Positions 17,883 through 28,897 of a DNA stretch of 64,000 nucleotides are shown here, piece after piece. The notes below the pieces were generated by a model. It saw only the letters and a list, made by a program, of their open reading frames with translations. It had not been told where the DNA came from and searched no databases. This stretch comes from Candidatus Melainabacteria bacterium 17Bon1m. GTDB taxonomy: Bacteria > Cyanobacteriota > Vampirovibrionia > Obscuribacterales > Obscuribacteraceae. Both the position numbers and the translations under genes were made by a program. Numbering within the stretch: the first letter of the stretch is position 1; each line of letters opens with the position of its first letter. The stretch spans positions 352,001-416,000 of the forward strand of contig JAVLKG010000005.1 of assembly GCA_032128875.1 (NCBI GenBank), in the 5' to 3' direction.

Positions 17883-20765
17883 CTAGTAAACAGAATGCTT
17901 TGCAGCAAAAGGATAAGCCGTCAGGCTTGTGATTTCCAATCGCACATTCTCGAACTGGCAACTAGAACGCTGCATCTCTTCCGGCTCGACAGGACGCGTC
18001 AGATTGTGAAAGATAGGACTGAGAACATGCATGCGCACTTCCACGGAATTGAGTTTTCCTGGAAACGCCCGCGGTGTAAGCGGGCACGCTACATCGAATT
18101 GGCGCCATTCATTCGATGGAGGCAATACTTTCGGTGCCCATGGCGCATTGTAGGAGAATTCATCATTTTTCTCGGATGACTTGGTGATTACTTCCACGCC
18201 TGGCGAGAGTTTGCCTTTTGTTTTATAACGCCCGGATACTCGAATCATCCACTGATCTCCGCTGGAATAATCCGGTACCGGACTCAATTTCATCGTTTTG
18301 AAGATCTCGTTTGTCAGCGACAGCTTCGGTTCAACGTTTACTTCCTTGACTTCTTGAAAGGATAAAAGCTTTGATTGCTTTTGATTTTCGCCCGTTGGCT
18401 CAGGCAAAAGTAGTCGCACGTAGTGACCGGCGTCACCCTTTTGCGCATTTAGCTTGCGGTCGGTGCGGGGATCGCAAATTCCGCCTCGACGTTCTACTCC
18501 GTAGAAAGCTTTGTCCCAGCTGGAATATTGCCAGTCTGGCACAATCAGTTCAGCATCGTCGCGAGTCAGTGCTTTAAACAATCGCGTGCGTCCGTGAGTC
18601 GTTCGTTTCACTGTTATCCGCATGGAATGGCTGCCTTCCTGGCTGGCACGAGAACCAGCCATCAGTGACGGCTCTGTCTCGGCCGGAATAGCAACGAGAA
18701 ACCATTGCCGAACATCATTATTGCCAACGCCGACTACGCTGGAAAAGCTCTCGAAGCAACATTCGGCCACACGTGTGAGTTCGTTGCCACGCCTTTCGAA
18801 ATTGTCTTGATCGTCCAGCAATGAAAGTCCCGGGACATAGGGGCCAGTCAAACTCTTGCCATCGATTGTAATGGAGAGCCCATTGGTAAGGCTATCCAGA
18901 CTTTCGGAATCGACCATCAAATAAGCTTTGCCGTCCCGCACGTACTTAGCCACTGCAGGTGGTGCTACTAGTTCGAATGTGACTCCGTCTCCTGCTCTGT
19001 TGAATGTGACCGCACGCTCAAACCATCTGCCATTGGCTCGTACTGGTAAGCAGAGCGATGAGAACGTAAGAATCATTATGCTGAAGAGCAAAATATTAGT
19101 CAGCGAGCGGGAATACGATCCTGCTTGCCTCTTATTGATAAGTACATAGGTCATGCCGCCGAGAAAGAGAAATAGAACGATCTTCAGTCCAATCGTGGTC
19201 ATAATGCCGATTTCGGCGGCGCCACGTTCGCCAAAAGCATTGACCAGCATCGCTAACGGATCGGCCAATACAAAGATAGTAAAGAGCAAATAGATGGATG
19301 GATAAGCCAGTTCCAGAACATCCGTCTTTTCCCTGTTCAAATTTCCTAAATGCCTTAGGCGGCGTAATCCCCAGGCACCAAAGACTATGAGAAACGGCAT
19401 GGCTGTAAGGTTATATCGTCCAACCGTGATGAAAAACATGTATGGCAAATGCATCAGCAGTACGAGCACCATAAAGATGACACCCGTCATGCGTCCTCTC
19501 CACTTATTGGTTTTTTCTTTGACGCCGTCGAGACTGAGAATTATTCCTGCAGCAGCAAAAGCAATGATGAATTGATGCAATACGTCTTGTGCAGGCGGCG
19601 AAAAGAGCCCCAGCCAGGTTTTGAAATCGTTCCAGCCGCACTTGAATAGTCGAGGAATTTTGTCCTGCAAGAGCCATAGAAATGGAAGGGGGTCATCAGA
19701 TAAATGAGTGATCAACTGCAGGTTGACCGTGCGGTCCATAATCGGTTTGAAGTGCAGCGGGAAGCCCGTCCATCCTTGCGTTTGGGACGACGTGCCCAAG
19801 CCGAAATTGAGACGACTGACACGATCTATAACTAGGTTGGATTCCCCGACAATCAATTCTTGTGCTGCAAACCACGGCATGACGACAAGAGCAAATCCAA
19901 CCACGAAGGAAGCCAGTGACCCAATTCGCATTTTGCCGTTCAGTCTGAAAAACAGCATAAGGAATACAACAGCAGACAAGGGCAAAAGGGTTGTGCGTGC
20001 CAGCGACAGGCAAGCTGCGACACATCCGAGAAAAATTGCAGCGGGAAGGATTTTTAGAAAAAGAAGTCTTTCTCCAGTCCTTTCTTCTGACGAACGATTT
20101 TGAGTTTGCGCGACAAAAAGGAAGACGTAGGAGAACAAAACAAGCAAAAATGCAGCATAGGTTTCTGTGCAAGCGCGCCCGCAATTGATAATAAACGGCG
20201 GGTAAATTGCAGCTATGGCACCAGCCATAACGCCGGTCTTGCGGTCGAAGAGCTGACGTCCAATTGCCGCGACAAGAACAACCATCACAGACGAAATCAT
20301 GCACTGCGCTGCTACTGGCTTCACCCAATCATTGGGATCGTAAGCAGACATCGTCAAAATATTGGAAAGGACAAGAAAAACTGGATAGGAAGGGCCCGAC
20401 AACATCAAAGGTTGTAATGCCGATAATCTTTCGTGCACATATGAGGCAACAGCCGCATTAGCACTGCCAGTCAGCAATGCCAGGCAGTCTTTCGCGAAAC
20501 TTGCAGGAAGAGTGTTAAGCTCGGCAATTGCCTTAGCAGCATTTATATATCCAACCGCATCAAAGCCTGCATATGCATTGATGTGAGTGTGGAAGAAGCA
20601 GAACCAGAGACGAATCAGCAGCGCGATGGCGAACAACCAAAAGAGCGCGCCGCGCACACCCTGCTTGGAGATATCTCCTTTATCTTCCTGAGGCAAAAAC
20701 GGCTCAGAATCTTCGTTTGTAAGCAGTCGATACACTGATATGTCGGGTTCGCCAATCGGGCGCAT
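17883..20765 (-). CDS. Large GT-C (family 39/ArnT-like) membrane glycosyltransferase
   Basis: FDAVGY loop, PSYPVFL, TETYAAF, many TM helices, RYNL motif, large soluble C-terminal region. Confidence 0.7.
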   Translation of the reverse strand: MRPIGEPDISVYRLLTNEDSEPFLPQEDKGDISKQGVRGALFWLFAIALLIRLWFCFFHTHINAYAGFDAVGYINAAKAIAELNTLPASFAKDCLALLTGSANAAVASYVHERLSALQPLMLSGPSYPVFLVLSNILTMSAYDPNDWVKPVAAQCMISSVMVVLVAAIGRQLFDRKTGVMAGAIAAIYPPFIINCGRACTETYAAFLLVLFSYVFLFVAQTQNRSSEERTGERLLFLKILPAAIFLGCVAACLSLARTTLLPLSAVVFLMLFFRLNGKMRIGSLASFVVGFALVVMPWFAAQELIVGESNLVIDRVSRLNFGLGTSSQTQGWTGFPLHFKPIMDRTVNLQLITHLSDDPLPFLWLLQDKIPRLFKCGWNDFKTWLGLFSPPAQDVLHQFIIAFAAAGIILSLDGVKEKTNKWRGRMTGVIFMVLVLLMHLPYMFFITVGRYNLTAMPFLIVFGAWGLRRLRHLGNLNREKTDVLELAYPSIYLLFTIFVLADPLAMLVNAFGERGAAEIGIMTTIGLKIVLFLFLGGMTYVLINKRQAGSYSRSLTNILLFSIMILTFSSLCLPVRANGRWFERAVTFNRAGDGVTFELVAPPAVAKYVRDGKAYLMVDSESLDSLTNGLSITIDGKSLTGPYVPGLSLLDDQDNFERRGNELTRVAECCFESFSSVVGVGNNDVRQWFLVAIPAETEPSLMAGSRASQEGSHSMRITVKRTTHGRTRLFKALTRDDAELIVPDWQYSSWDKAFYGVERRGGICDPRTDRKLNAQKGDAGHYVRLLLPEPTGENQKQSKLLSFQEVKEVNVEPKLSLTNEIFKTMKLSPVPDYSSGDQWMIRVSGRYKTKGKLSPGVEVITKSSEKNDEFSYNAPWAPKVLPPSNEWRQFDVACPLTPRAFPGKLNSVEVRMHVLSPIFHNLTRPVEPEEMQRSSCQFENVRLEITSLTAYPFAAKHSVY

Positions 20766-20839
20766 ACGATGCGCCGCTACATCATCTGGTTATAACGCAC
20801 TTCACAGAATAAGCGCCCAGTCTACTTCTTTGATAGTGT

Positions 20840-22342
20840 ATGCTCATAACTGGCGGTCAAACTATTTTTAGTGCTTGTCCGCAATCGGAGACTCTAATGT
20901 GCAGACAACACCTCATAAATACGCCTCGTGAAGGTTCGATTCAAGGTGTATCTAGACCCGGCAATTTCCTAGCCAGTGTTTTTCTTTCGGTAATTGCTGT
21001 CGTGAGCCTTTCTTCTTGCGGCACCAAGAGCGATTCTGCGGATGCATCGCTTTCCAATCATTCAGTCCCGTCCGGTCCGAAATTAATAAAAGTTAGTGAG
21101 AAAGTTGCACAGCAAATAGATATCCAGCATGAGGTCATTGAGAAACGGTCGCTGACTATTCCCATGCATGTGACTGGAAAAATCGAGCCCGATCTCGGCA
21201 AGGAAGTTGATGTCACCAGCCGTATTAGCGGCCGCGTGAAAGAGATTCGCGTTGCACCCGGTCAAGAGGTCAAACGCGGGCAAATTATGGCTGTTCTCGA
21301 CAGCCAAGAAATTTCCGACCTGCAAGCTGAACTCATTGAAGCAAAAGCCAAGTTGAATATCGCCGAGGCTCACGAAGAGCGAGAGCGGATGATTTACGCT
21401 GAATTGTTGGTTCGTCCCAAGTCGCTAATCGAGGCTCAAACTCAATTTGATGCCATCCAAGTCCAGAAGGATTTAGCCGAGACTGAATTTCACCGTCAGG
21501 AAGGTTTGTACAAAGAAAAGATTTCCGCTCAAAAGGACTACCTGGCAGCCAAAGCTGCGTCGGCGACCGCAAATGCCAACTACGAGCAAGCCCTCATCGC
21601 TTACGAGCGCGAAAAGAATTTGTTCAAGAACAAGGCAATGCTCAGAAAAGACTTGCAGTTGGCAGAAGCAGAAACTGCCAAGGAGAGACAGCACTACAAC
21701 ACGCTTAAGCAAAGACTTGATTTCTTGGGCGCCGATGTCAGCATCCTTTCAAATGTATTGAGTACTGGGCATATCAGTGGACTTGTCCGTATCGTAGCTC
21801 CGGTCTCTGGAATCGTAAGCCACCATGATCTGGCAGTAGGAGAGCTTGTCCATCCAGACAAGAGCATTTTCAAAGTCACCGATTTATCCTCGGTCGCTGT
21901 GAAGGCGGACCTTCCGGAAGTAGATATCTCGCGTGTCAAACTTGGCGGCAAAGTGAAGGTCAACGTGCCGAGCTACCCGAACGAACAGTTCTACGCAACG
22001 GTCAGTTTTATTAGTGAGCACGTTAATCCAGAGACCCGCACAGTATCGGTGCGTGCGCGCTTGCCTAATACAGCGCGCAAGTTCAAATTGCAGATGTTCG
22101 CAGAAATTGACCTGGAAGGGGCGGCACGAGATTTGCTCGCCTGTCCGAAATCAGCCATTCAAGAACTCGATGGCAAGCCGGTAGTCTTTGTCAAAAGGGC
22201 GGAAGGCTATGAAGAAAGACATATCAAAACCGGTGTCGATACAGAAAAGTATGTCGAGGTTCTCTCAGGATTGGAGCAAGGTGAAGACGTGGTCACGCAG
22301 GGAAGTTTGATGCTTCGCACGGAGCTTACCTATAAGCACTAG
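20840..22342 (+). CDS. RND efflux periplasmic adaptor (CzcB/CusB-like) with long coiled coil
   Basis: SRISGRV...GQEVKRGQ lipoyl half-motifs, APVSG, PETRT, GLEQGEDVVTQGS. Possible lipobox LSSC. The true start may be downstream. Confidence 0.92.
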   Translation: MLITGGQTIFSACPQSETLMCRQHLINTPREGSIQGVSRPGNFLASVFLSVIAVVSLSSCGTKSDSADASLSNHSVPSGPKLIKVSEKVAQQIDIQHEVIEKRSLTIPMHVTGKIEPDLGKEVDVTSRISGRVKEIRVAPGQEVKRGQIMAVLDSQEISDLQAELIEAKAKLNIAEAHEERERMIYAELLVRPKSLIEAQTQFDAIQVQKDLAETEFHRQEGLYKEKISAQKDYLAAKAASATANANYEQALIAYEREKNLFKNKAMLRKDLQLAEAETAKERQHYNTLKQRLDFLGADVSILSNVLSTGHISGLVRIVAPVSGIVSHHDLAVGELVHPDKSIFKVTDLSSVAVKADLPEVDISRVKLGGKVKVNVPSYPNEQFYATVSFISEHVNPETRTVSVRARLPNTARKFKLQMFAEIDLEGAARDLLACPKSAIQELDGKPVVFVKRAEGYEERHIKTGVDTEKYVEVLSGLEQGEDVVTQGSLMLRTELTYKH

Positions 22343-22392
22343 CTCAATCAAAAAGAGACAGGTAGATTCAGGAGGGGGCTGAAAATTACTAA

Positions 22393-25300
22393 ATGATCGA
22401 CAAGATCATTACCTTTGCTATGCGGGAGCGACTCCTGACCATTGCTGCATTCGTTGGCATGGCCATGTTTGGAGCCTGGTGTACGCTGACTTTGCCTGTT
22501 GATTCGTTTCCGGACGTGAGTAACGTTCAGGTGCAAATCATCTCCGATTGCGAAACGCTGGCAACAGAAGAAGTCGAGAGCTTGATTACGTTTCCGATTG
22601 AAAACGGGCTGAATGGCTTGCCCAAGGTAAATAAGATCCGCTCCAACTCGAGTTTTGGCCTCTCGGTTGTTACTGTAATTTTTGACGACGACACTGATGT
22701 GTATTGGGCTCGCAATCTCGTTCAGCAAAGACTGAGCCAGATCGAACTGCCGGCATGGGCGCCTACGCCCCACCTGGGTCCGGTTGTATCTACTTTCAGT
22801 AACGTATTCAATTACTATCTTGTCTCCGATCGTCATGACATGATCGAGTTGCGCACCATCCAAGATTGGCAAGTGGCACGACGTTTGAAGTCTGTTCAGG
22901 GCGTTGGCAACGTTGTCAGCTACGGCGGCTTCGTCAAACAATATCAAGTGCTCGTCGATCCTAACGTGCTGAAAGGCTACGGGGTGACGATTCCCGACGT
23001 AAAAAATGCGCTCACCAATAACAATATAAATGCGGGTGGAAACTTCATTGAGCGCGGCGGCGAGGAAATTATTATTCGCGGGCTGGGGCGAATCGAAAAC
23101 GAAAACGACATAAAGAACGTTGTTTTGAAAACGGTTGGCGGTACCCCGGTAAAAGTTGGACAAGTGGCTCAGGTTGTTGTCGGACCAGCTTTCAGACGCG
23201 GTTCGGCTTCAATGAATGGCAAGGGTGAGGTTGTCACTGGCATGGTGCTCACTCGCAAGGGGGTTAACACAAAAGACGTTGTAGAGAAGGTTCGTCACCG
23301 CATCGAAGAAATCCGCAAAGAATTGCCGGCCGGCGTCACACTGCATGCGTATTACGATCAAACCGAGCTTGTAGAGAAGACGATTGAAACAGTAAAAGAG
23401 ATTTTGATGTTCTCTGGTGGTTTGGTTATCGTCATTCTGACCGCCATCATGTTGCACATTCCCAGCGGTTTGATCGTTGCTGTCATCATTCCTCTGTCAC
23501 TGCTTTTCTCCTTCATTCTTATGAAGTACACGGGACTCACGGCTAACTTGATGACCCTGGGAGCGGTTGATTTCGGTGTTATTGTCGACGCTGGGGTGGT
23601 CATGGTGGAAAACATATTCCGCCAACTTTCTATTGCCAATGAGCATAAGAAAGAAGGCGAGAAGATCAACCACTATCAAATAATCATCACCGCAGCGCGC
23701 GAGGTCGGGCGACCGATTGCATTTGCAGTCATTATTATTGTTTCTGTCTATCTGCCCCTTTTCACGCTTGAGGGAGTCGAGGGGAGGATGTTCCACCCCC
23801 TGGCACTCACTTTTATTTATGCCATCTTGGGCGCCTTGATCGCCTCTTTGACGGTCATTCCAATTCTTTGCTATTGGTTCTTGAGGGGAAATATCAAAGA
23901 AAAACACAATCCTGTGGTGGAGAAAATTCACCAGTGGCACGAGCCTTTGCTTGCAAAATCAATGGATCATCCATATTTCACTGTCCTGATTGCCGTCGGT
24001 ATTCTTATCGCCAGCTTTGCTGCAATACCTTTTTTAGGCTCCGAGTTCATTCCTACTCTGGATGAAGGTTCGATTCTGTTGCGTACCAAGCTATCGCCTA
24101 GCGTCGCGCACTCTGAGTCTATGCGCGTTGCCGGTGAAGTCGAGGAGATGATCAAAAAATTTCCTGAAGTTACCGTTGTCGTGTCTCGTATTGGTCGCTC
24201 CGGCATGGGCTCCGACCTTGAAGGCGTGGACAATGCGGATGTCTACATCGGTTTGAAACCGAAGAAAGAGTGGACTTCTGCGCATGATAAAGAAGAACTT
24301 GTCAATCTGATGTCGAAAGAGGTGGAAGGTATCCCAGGTCTTATCCACTCATTCTCTCAGCCGATTGGCGACATGATCGATGACCTTGTCGCCGGTATTA
24401 AAGCCGACCTTGGGATCAAAATCTTTGGCGAAGACTTGAAGGTTCTTGATAAAACCGCAAAGCAAGTTGAGAACATTGTGTCGAAGGTGCCTGGTGCGGC
24501 GGATATGCAGCGCGAGCATATCTTGGGCTTGCCGCAGATGACCATCAAGATGAAACGCGACGTAATCGCGCGGTATGGGCTGAATGTTGCTGACATTCAA
24601 GAAATTATTGAAACCGCGGTTGCAGGAAAAGTTGTCACCGATGTTGTTGAAGACAACAGGCGATTCGGGTTGCTAATTCGTTTGCCCAGCCAATTCCGTG
24701 ACACAGAAAACGATATCGAAAGTATTCTCATCGACACGCCGGATGGAGCCAAAGTGCCTCTTAAGCAATTGGCCGACATAAAGTTGCCGCGCGGAACCGT
24801 GATGATTAACCGCGAGGATGGTCAGAGAAGAACTGCTGTCTTAGCCAATGTGCGGGGCCGCGACTTGGGTTCTTTCGTTGAAGAAGCTCAACAGAGAATC
24901 AATCAGGAGCTTCAGTTGCCGAAGGGCTATCGCATTGTCTGGGGTGGACAATTTGAAAACCAACAGCGCGCCATGACTCGATTGGCGGTTGTTGTGCCGG
25001 TCGTCCTTCTGCTTATCTTCATTCTACTTTTTGCATCTTTCAATTCGCTTAAGAACGCCGCGCTCATTATGATGAATGTTCCGTTCGCTCTAATCGGCGG
25101 AATTCTAGCCTTGCTTATTTCGAGGCAAACGCTCTCCGTACCTGCGATTATCGGCTTTATCTCACTGTTTGGTGTGGCTGTGCAGAACGGGGTCATTCTT
25201 GTCAGCTATATCATGCAGCTGCAAAATCGAGGATATAAAGTTCGAGAGGCTGCGATGGAAGGAGTCACCGTGCGGCTGCGCCCGGTGCTTATGACCGCGC

Positions 25301-25488
25301 TCGTCGCCATTATGGGATTCATGCCGCTCATTCTTTCCCATGGAACCGGCGCCGAGGTGCAGCGTCCGCTCGCTACCGTCGTGGTCGGCGGGTTGGTTTC
25401 AGCGACTCTTCTGACTTTGTTCGTGCTGCCGACTGTTTACACACTCATCAATAAAGACAGTGATGAAGAGGAACAGCCGAGTGGCTAG
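22393..25488 (+). CDS. Heavy-metal efflux RND permease (CzcA/CusA family), copy 1
   Basis: LPVDSFPD, GAVDFGVIVDAGVVMVEN, RLRPVLMTA, EVQRPLATVVVGG. Confidence 0.95.
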   Translation: MIDKIITFAMRERLLTIAAFVGMAMFGAWCTLTLPVDSFPDVSNVQVQIISDCETLATEEVESLITFPIENGLNGLPKVNKIRSNSSFGLSVVTVIFDDDTDVYWARNLVQQRLSQIELPAWAPTPHLGPVVSTFSNVFNYYLVSDRHDMIELRTIQDWQVARRLKSVQGVGNVVSYGGFVKQYQVLVDPNVLKGYGVTIPDVKNALTNNNINAGGNFIERGGEEIIIRGLGRIENENDIKNVVLKTVGGTPVKVGQVAQVVVGPAFRRGSASMNGKGEVVTGMVLTRKGVNTKDVVEKVRHRIEEIRKELPAGVTLHAYYDQTELVEKTIETVKEILMFSGGLVIVILTAIMLHIPSGLIVAVIIPLSLLFSFILMKYTGLTANLMTLGAVDFGVIVDAGVVMVENIFRQLSIANEHKKEGEKINHYQIIITAAREVGRPIAFAVIIIVSVYLPLFTLEGVEGRMFHPLALTFIYAILGALIASLTVIPILCYWFLRGNIKEKHNPVVEKIHQWHEPLLAKSMDHPYFTVLIAVGILIASFAAIPFLGSEFIPTLDEGSILLRTKLSPSVAHSESMRVAGEVEEMIKKFPEVTVVVSRIGRSGMGSDLEGVDNADVYIGLKPKKEWTSAHDKEELVNLMSKEVEGIPGLIHSFSQPIGDMIDDLVAGIKADLGIKIFGEDLKVLDKTAKQVENIVSKVPGAADMQREHILGLPQMTIKMKRDVIARYGLNVADIQEIIETAVAGKVVTDVVEDNRRFGLLIRLPSQFRDTENDIESILIDTPDGAKVPLKQLADIKLPRGTVMINREDGQRRTAVLANVRGRDLGSFVEEAQQRINQELQLPKGYRIVWGGQFENQQRAMTRLAVVVPVVLLLIFILLFASFNSLKNAALIMMNVPFALIGGILALLISRQTLSVPAIIGFISLFGVAVQNGVILVSYIMQLQNRGYKVREAAMEGVTVRLRPVLMTALVAIMGFMPLILSHGTGAEVQRPLATVVVGGLVSATLLTLFVLPTVYTLINKDSDEEEQPSG

Positions 25489-25555
25489 GTGTCCCGTTTT
25501 ACACACTATTCATCGGCAACCGCAAGGAGTTGTCTGACGACCGGCGGCGATAAAG

Positions 25556-28500
25556 TTGATAGACAAACTAATCACTTTTGCTATCACGCAGCGCTTACTC
25601 ACATGCGCCGCGGTCATTGTAATGGCGGCTTTTGGCGTGTTTTGCATGATGAGCTTGCCGGTCGACTCGTTTCCTGACGTAAGTAACGTGCAGGTGCAGG
25701 TAATCACCGACTGCGAAACGCTCGCCACCGAGGAAGTTGAAAGCCTCATTACTTATCCCATCGAGTATGTAATGAGCGGTTTGCACAAGGTGACCAATAT
25801 CCGCTCCAACTCTAGTTTCGGCTTGTCTGTTGTGACGGTGATTTTCGAGGACGATACCGATGTCTACTGGGCGCGCAATCTAGTCCAGCAAAGGCTTATG
25901 CAAGTGGAGTTACCTACCTGGGCGCCGACGCCGCAATTGGGTCCTGTGGTTTCCACATTCAGTAACGTTTACAACTATTACCTGAGGAGCGATCGTCACG
26001 ACCTTACCGAGTTGCGAACCATTCAAGATTGGTATCTGGCCAAACGCTTACGCGCAGTGCAAGGCGTCGGCAATGTCGTCAGTTATGGCGGCTATGTAAA
26101 ACAGTATCAAGTGCAAGTGAACCCGCGACTCATGGCTGGCTATGGAATCACGCTTCACGAGCTGGTTGTTGCACTGACCCGCAACAACATCAATGCGGGT
26201 GGCAACTTCTTAGAGCGAGCCAATGAAGAAATCATTGTGCGTGGAATTGGGCGTATCGAGACGACGAAGGACATAGAGGAAATTGTTCTAAAAGCTGTGG
26301 ATGGAACACCTGTGAAGGTAGGCGAAGTCGCGAAAGTCGTGATTGGTCCGGCATTCCGTCGTGGTTCGGCTTCGATGGACGGGAAAGGCGAGGTGGTCAC
26401 CGGCATGGTTCTCACTCGAAAGGGTGTGAACACGAAAGCCGTTGTCGAGAAAGTTCGCGAGCGAATTGAAGAACTGAAGAAAGAGTTGCCGCCTGGTGTT
26501 GAGCTTGTTTCATACTACGACCAAACCGAATTGGTCGAAAAGACCATTGAAACAGTAAAAGAGATATTGATGTTCAGCGGCTGGCTGGTCATTGTTGTTT
26601 TAACTGCAATCTTGCTGCATATCCCGAGCGGTTTGATCGTCTCTGTCATCATTCCGTTGTCACTTCTTTTCTCTTTCATCTTGATGAAGTACACCGGATT
26701 GTCTGCCAATTTGATGACTCTAGGCGCCGTTGATTTCGGCGTTATCGTCGACGCCGGTGTTGTTATGGTTGAAAACATCTACCGGCAACTGGCAATCGCG
26801 CACGAGCACGAAACGGAAGACCGCCATGCCAACCACTTTCAGGTAGTTCTCAACGCTGCCAGAGAAGTGGGACGTCCGATTGTCTTCGCTATCTTTATCA
26901 TTGTCTCTGTCTACTTGCCGCTCTTCTCTTTAGAAGGGATCGAAGGCAAGATGTTCCACCCTCTGGCGCTCACGTTTATCTATGCGATTCTTGGCGCGCT
27001 GCTGTTGTCTTTGACGATTGTACCTGTGCTTTGCTACTGGTTTCTTCGCGGCACCATAAGGGAGAAGCATAATCCATTCGTAGAGGCTGCAAAAAACCTC
27101 CACGAGCCTGCCCTTCAGCGGACGATGAAACACCCCTGGGCAACTGCTTTTGTTTGTATTGGTGCTCTGGTTGGAAGCTTTTGCCTTGTACCTTTTCTAG
27201 GCTCAGAGTTTATTCCAACACTCGATGAAGGCTCAATTCTCTTGCGAACCAAACTATCACCCAGCGTTGCGCACACTGAATCAATGCGTGTAGCGCAGCG
27301 TGTAGAAGAGTCGATGAAGAAGTTTCCGGAAGTGACGGGGGTTGTGTCGCGGATTGGTCGCTCCGGCATGGGCTCTGACCTTGAAGGTGTAGAAAACGCT
27401 GACGTTTATATAGGTCTCAAGCCGAAGGAGCAGTGGACGACAACTCATGATAAAGAAAAGCTCGTCATGTTGATGGCAAAGGAATTGGAAGGTATTCCGG
27501 GCTTGATTTTCTCTTTCTCCCAGCCGATTGCGGACATGATCGATGACCTTGTCGCCGGTATTAAAGCCGACCTTGGCATCAAGATCTTTGGTGATGATTT
27601 GGAAACTTTGGATAAGCTTGCTTCAGACATTGAAACTTCAATTTCGGCGGTGCCCGGTTGTGCTGATTTGCAGAGAGAGCACATTCTTGGCTTGCCTCAA
27701 ATGACTCTAAAACTGGACCGCAACGTGATGGCGAGATATGGACTCAACGTTACCGACATCCAGGATGTTCTGCAAAACGAAATTGCAGGCAATGTAATTA
27801 CCGACGTTATTGAAGGCAATATGCGGTTTGGATTGCTCACTAGACTGCCTGTACAGATGAGAGACACAAAAGAAAAAATTGAAGCGCTGATGATCGATAC
27901 TCCAACTGGAGCGCGAGTGCCGTTGAAGCAATTGGCGAAAATCGATTTGCCCAGAGGAACAGCGATGATCAATCGAGAGGAAACATATCGGCGTACTGCT
28001 GTTCTTGCCAATGTTCGCGGACGCGATTTGGGATCATTCGTAGGCGAAGCACAAGAGAGGATTAAGAAAGACGTGAAAATTCCCAAGGGCTATCGGCTCG
28101 TTTGGGGGGGGACATTTGAGAACCAGCAACGAGCTATGGTGCGGCTTTCGATTGTTGTGCCGATTGTTTTATTGCTGATTTTCTTGTTGCTCTATGCGTC
28201 CTTTAATTCGTTCAAGAACGCCGGACTAATCATGTTGAACGTGCCGTTTGCGATGATAGGCGGGATTGTGGCGCTGTTCTTATCGCATCAAACAGTATCA
28301 GTGCCTGCAATCATCGGCTTTATCGCATTGTTTGGCGTGTCCGTACAGAACGGTGTGATACTTGTGACTTATATCATGCACTTGCAGCGGCGGGGCGTGC
28401 CTGTTGCTCAGGCTGCTGTTGAAGGCGCTGCCATTCGTTTGCGTCCGGTTTTGATGACCGCATTGGTGGCAATTATGGGTCTAATTCCAAAAATCGTTTC

Positions 28501-28657
28501 TAACGGCACCGGCGCTGAGGTGCAACGTCCACTCGCTACAGTCGTTCTCGGCGGGCTTGTGTCGGCGACCCTATTGACGCTTGTTGTGCTGCCGACTGTT
28601 TATGCGCAAATCAACAAGGACGACGACCTGCCGCCAGAGCAGTCGGAAACCGTTTGA
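25556..28657 (+). CDS. Heavy-metal efflux RND permease (CzcA/CusA family), copy 2
   Basis: Same motifs as copy 1 and collinear with it over the full length. TTG start. Confidence 0.95.
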   Translation: MIDKLITFAITQRLLTCAAVIVMAAFGVFCMMSLPVDSFPDVSNVQVQVITDCETLATEEVESLITYPIEYVMSGLHKVTNIRSNSSFGLSVVTVIFEDDTDVYWARNLVQQRLMQVELPTWAPTPQLGPVVSTFSNVYNYYLRSDRHDLTELRTIQDWYLAKRLRAVQGVGNVVSYGGYVKQYQVQVNPRLMAGYGITLHELVVALTRNNINAGGNFLERANEEIIVRGIGRIETTKDIEEIVLKAVDGTPVKVGEVAKVVIGPAFRRGSASMDGKGEVVTGMVLTRKGVNTKAVVEKVRERIEELKKELPPGVELVSYYDQTELVEKTIETVKEILMFSGWLVIVVLTAILLHIPSGLIVSVIIPLSLLFSFILMKYTGLSANLMTLGAVDFGVIVDAGVVMVENIYRQLAIAHEHETEDRHANHFQVVLNAAREVGRPIVFAIFIIVSVYLPLFSLEGIEGKMFHPLALTFIYAILGALLLSLTIVPVLCYWFLRGTIREKHNPFVEAAKNLHEPALQRTMKHPWATAFVCIGALVGSFCLVPFLGSEFIPTLDEGSILLRTKLSPSVAHTESMRVAQRVEESMKKFPEVTGVVSRIGRSGMGSDLEGVENADVYIGLKPKEQWTTTHDKEKLVMLMAKELEGIPGLIFSFSQPIADMIDDLVAGIKADLGIKIFGDDLETLDKLASDIETSISAVPGCADLQREHILGLPQMTLKLDRNVMARYGLNVTDIQDVLQNEIAGNVITDVIEGNMRFGLLTRLPVQMRDTKEKIEALMIDTPTGARVPLKQLAKIDLPRGTAMINREETYRRTAVLANVRGRDLGSFVGEAQERIKKDVKIPKGYRLVWGGTFENQQRAMVRLSIVVPIVLLLIFLLLYASFNSFKNAGLIMLNVPFAMIGGIVALFLSHQTVSVPAIIGFIALFGVSVQNGVILVTYIMHLQRRGVPVAQAAVEGAAIRLRPVLMTALVAIMGLIPKIVSNGTGAEVQRPLATVVLGGLVSATLLTLVVLPTVYAQINKDDDLPPEQSETV

Positions 28658-28897
28658 GTCGAACCTACGGAAATGGCGGCCCACACAATCGCGCGCGCCG
28701 ATGACTTCTTTGCGCTAGGGCCCCGGGCGACACTAGCGCACAGGCTTTACACGCCGCCCAGCGGGGCCGTCTCGTGCGAAGCAAATCTGTATATCGATTA
28801 TACATACAAATGTATGATGGTCAACTAAATTTGCGCAATTTGGGTGAAATTAAAGTATCGGATACGTCAAATTTGCTGCGAGGAAACTTTGATCTCG

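Noticed and set aside
22348-23163. Long antisense ORFs, e.g. 271 aa opposite czcA, 240 aa at 43126-43848 and 238 aa at 37797-38513
   Set aside because: They are shadow frames of well-supported genes with no motifs of their own.
28787-28815. AT-rich palindromes resembling a LexA box upstream of the TPR gene
   Set aside because: The spacing does not fit CTG-N10-CAG; too weak to call.
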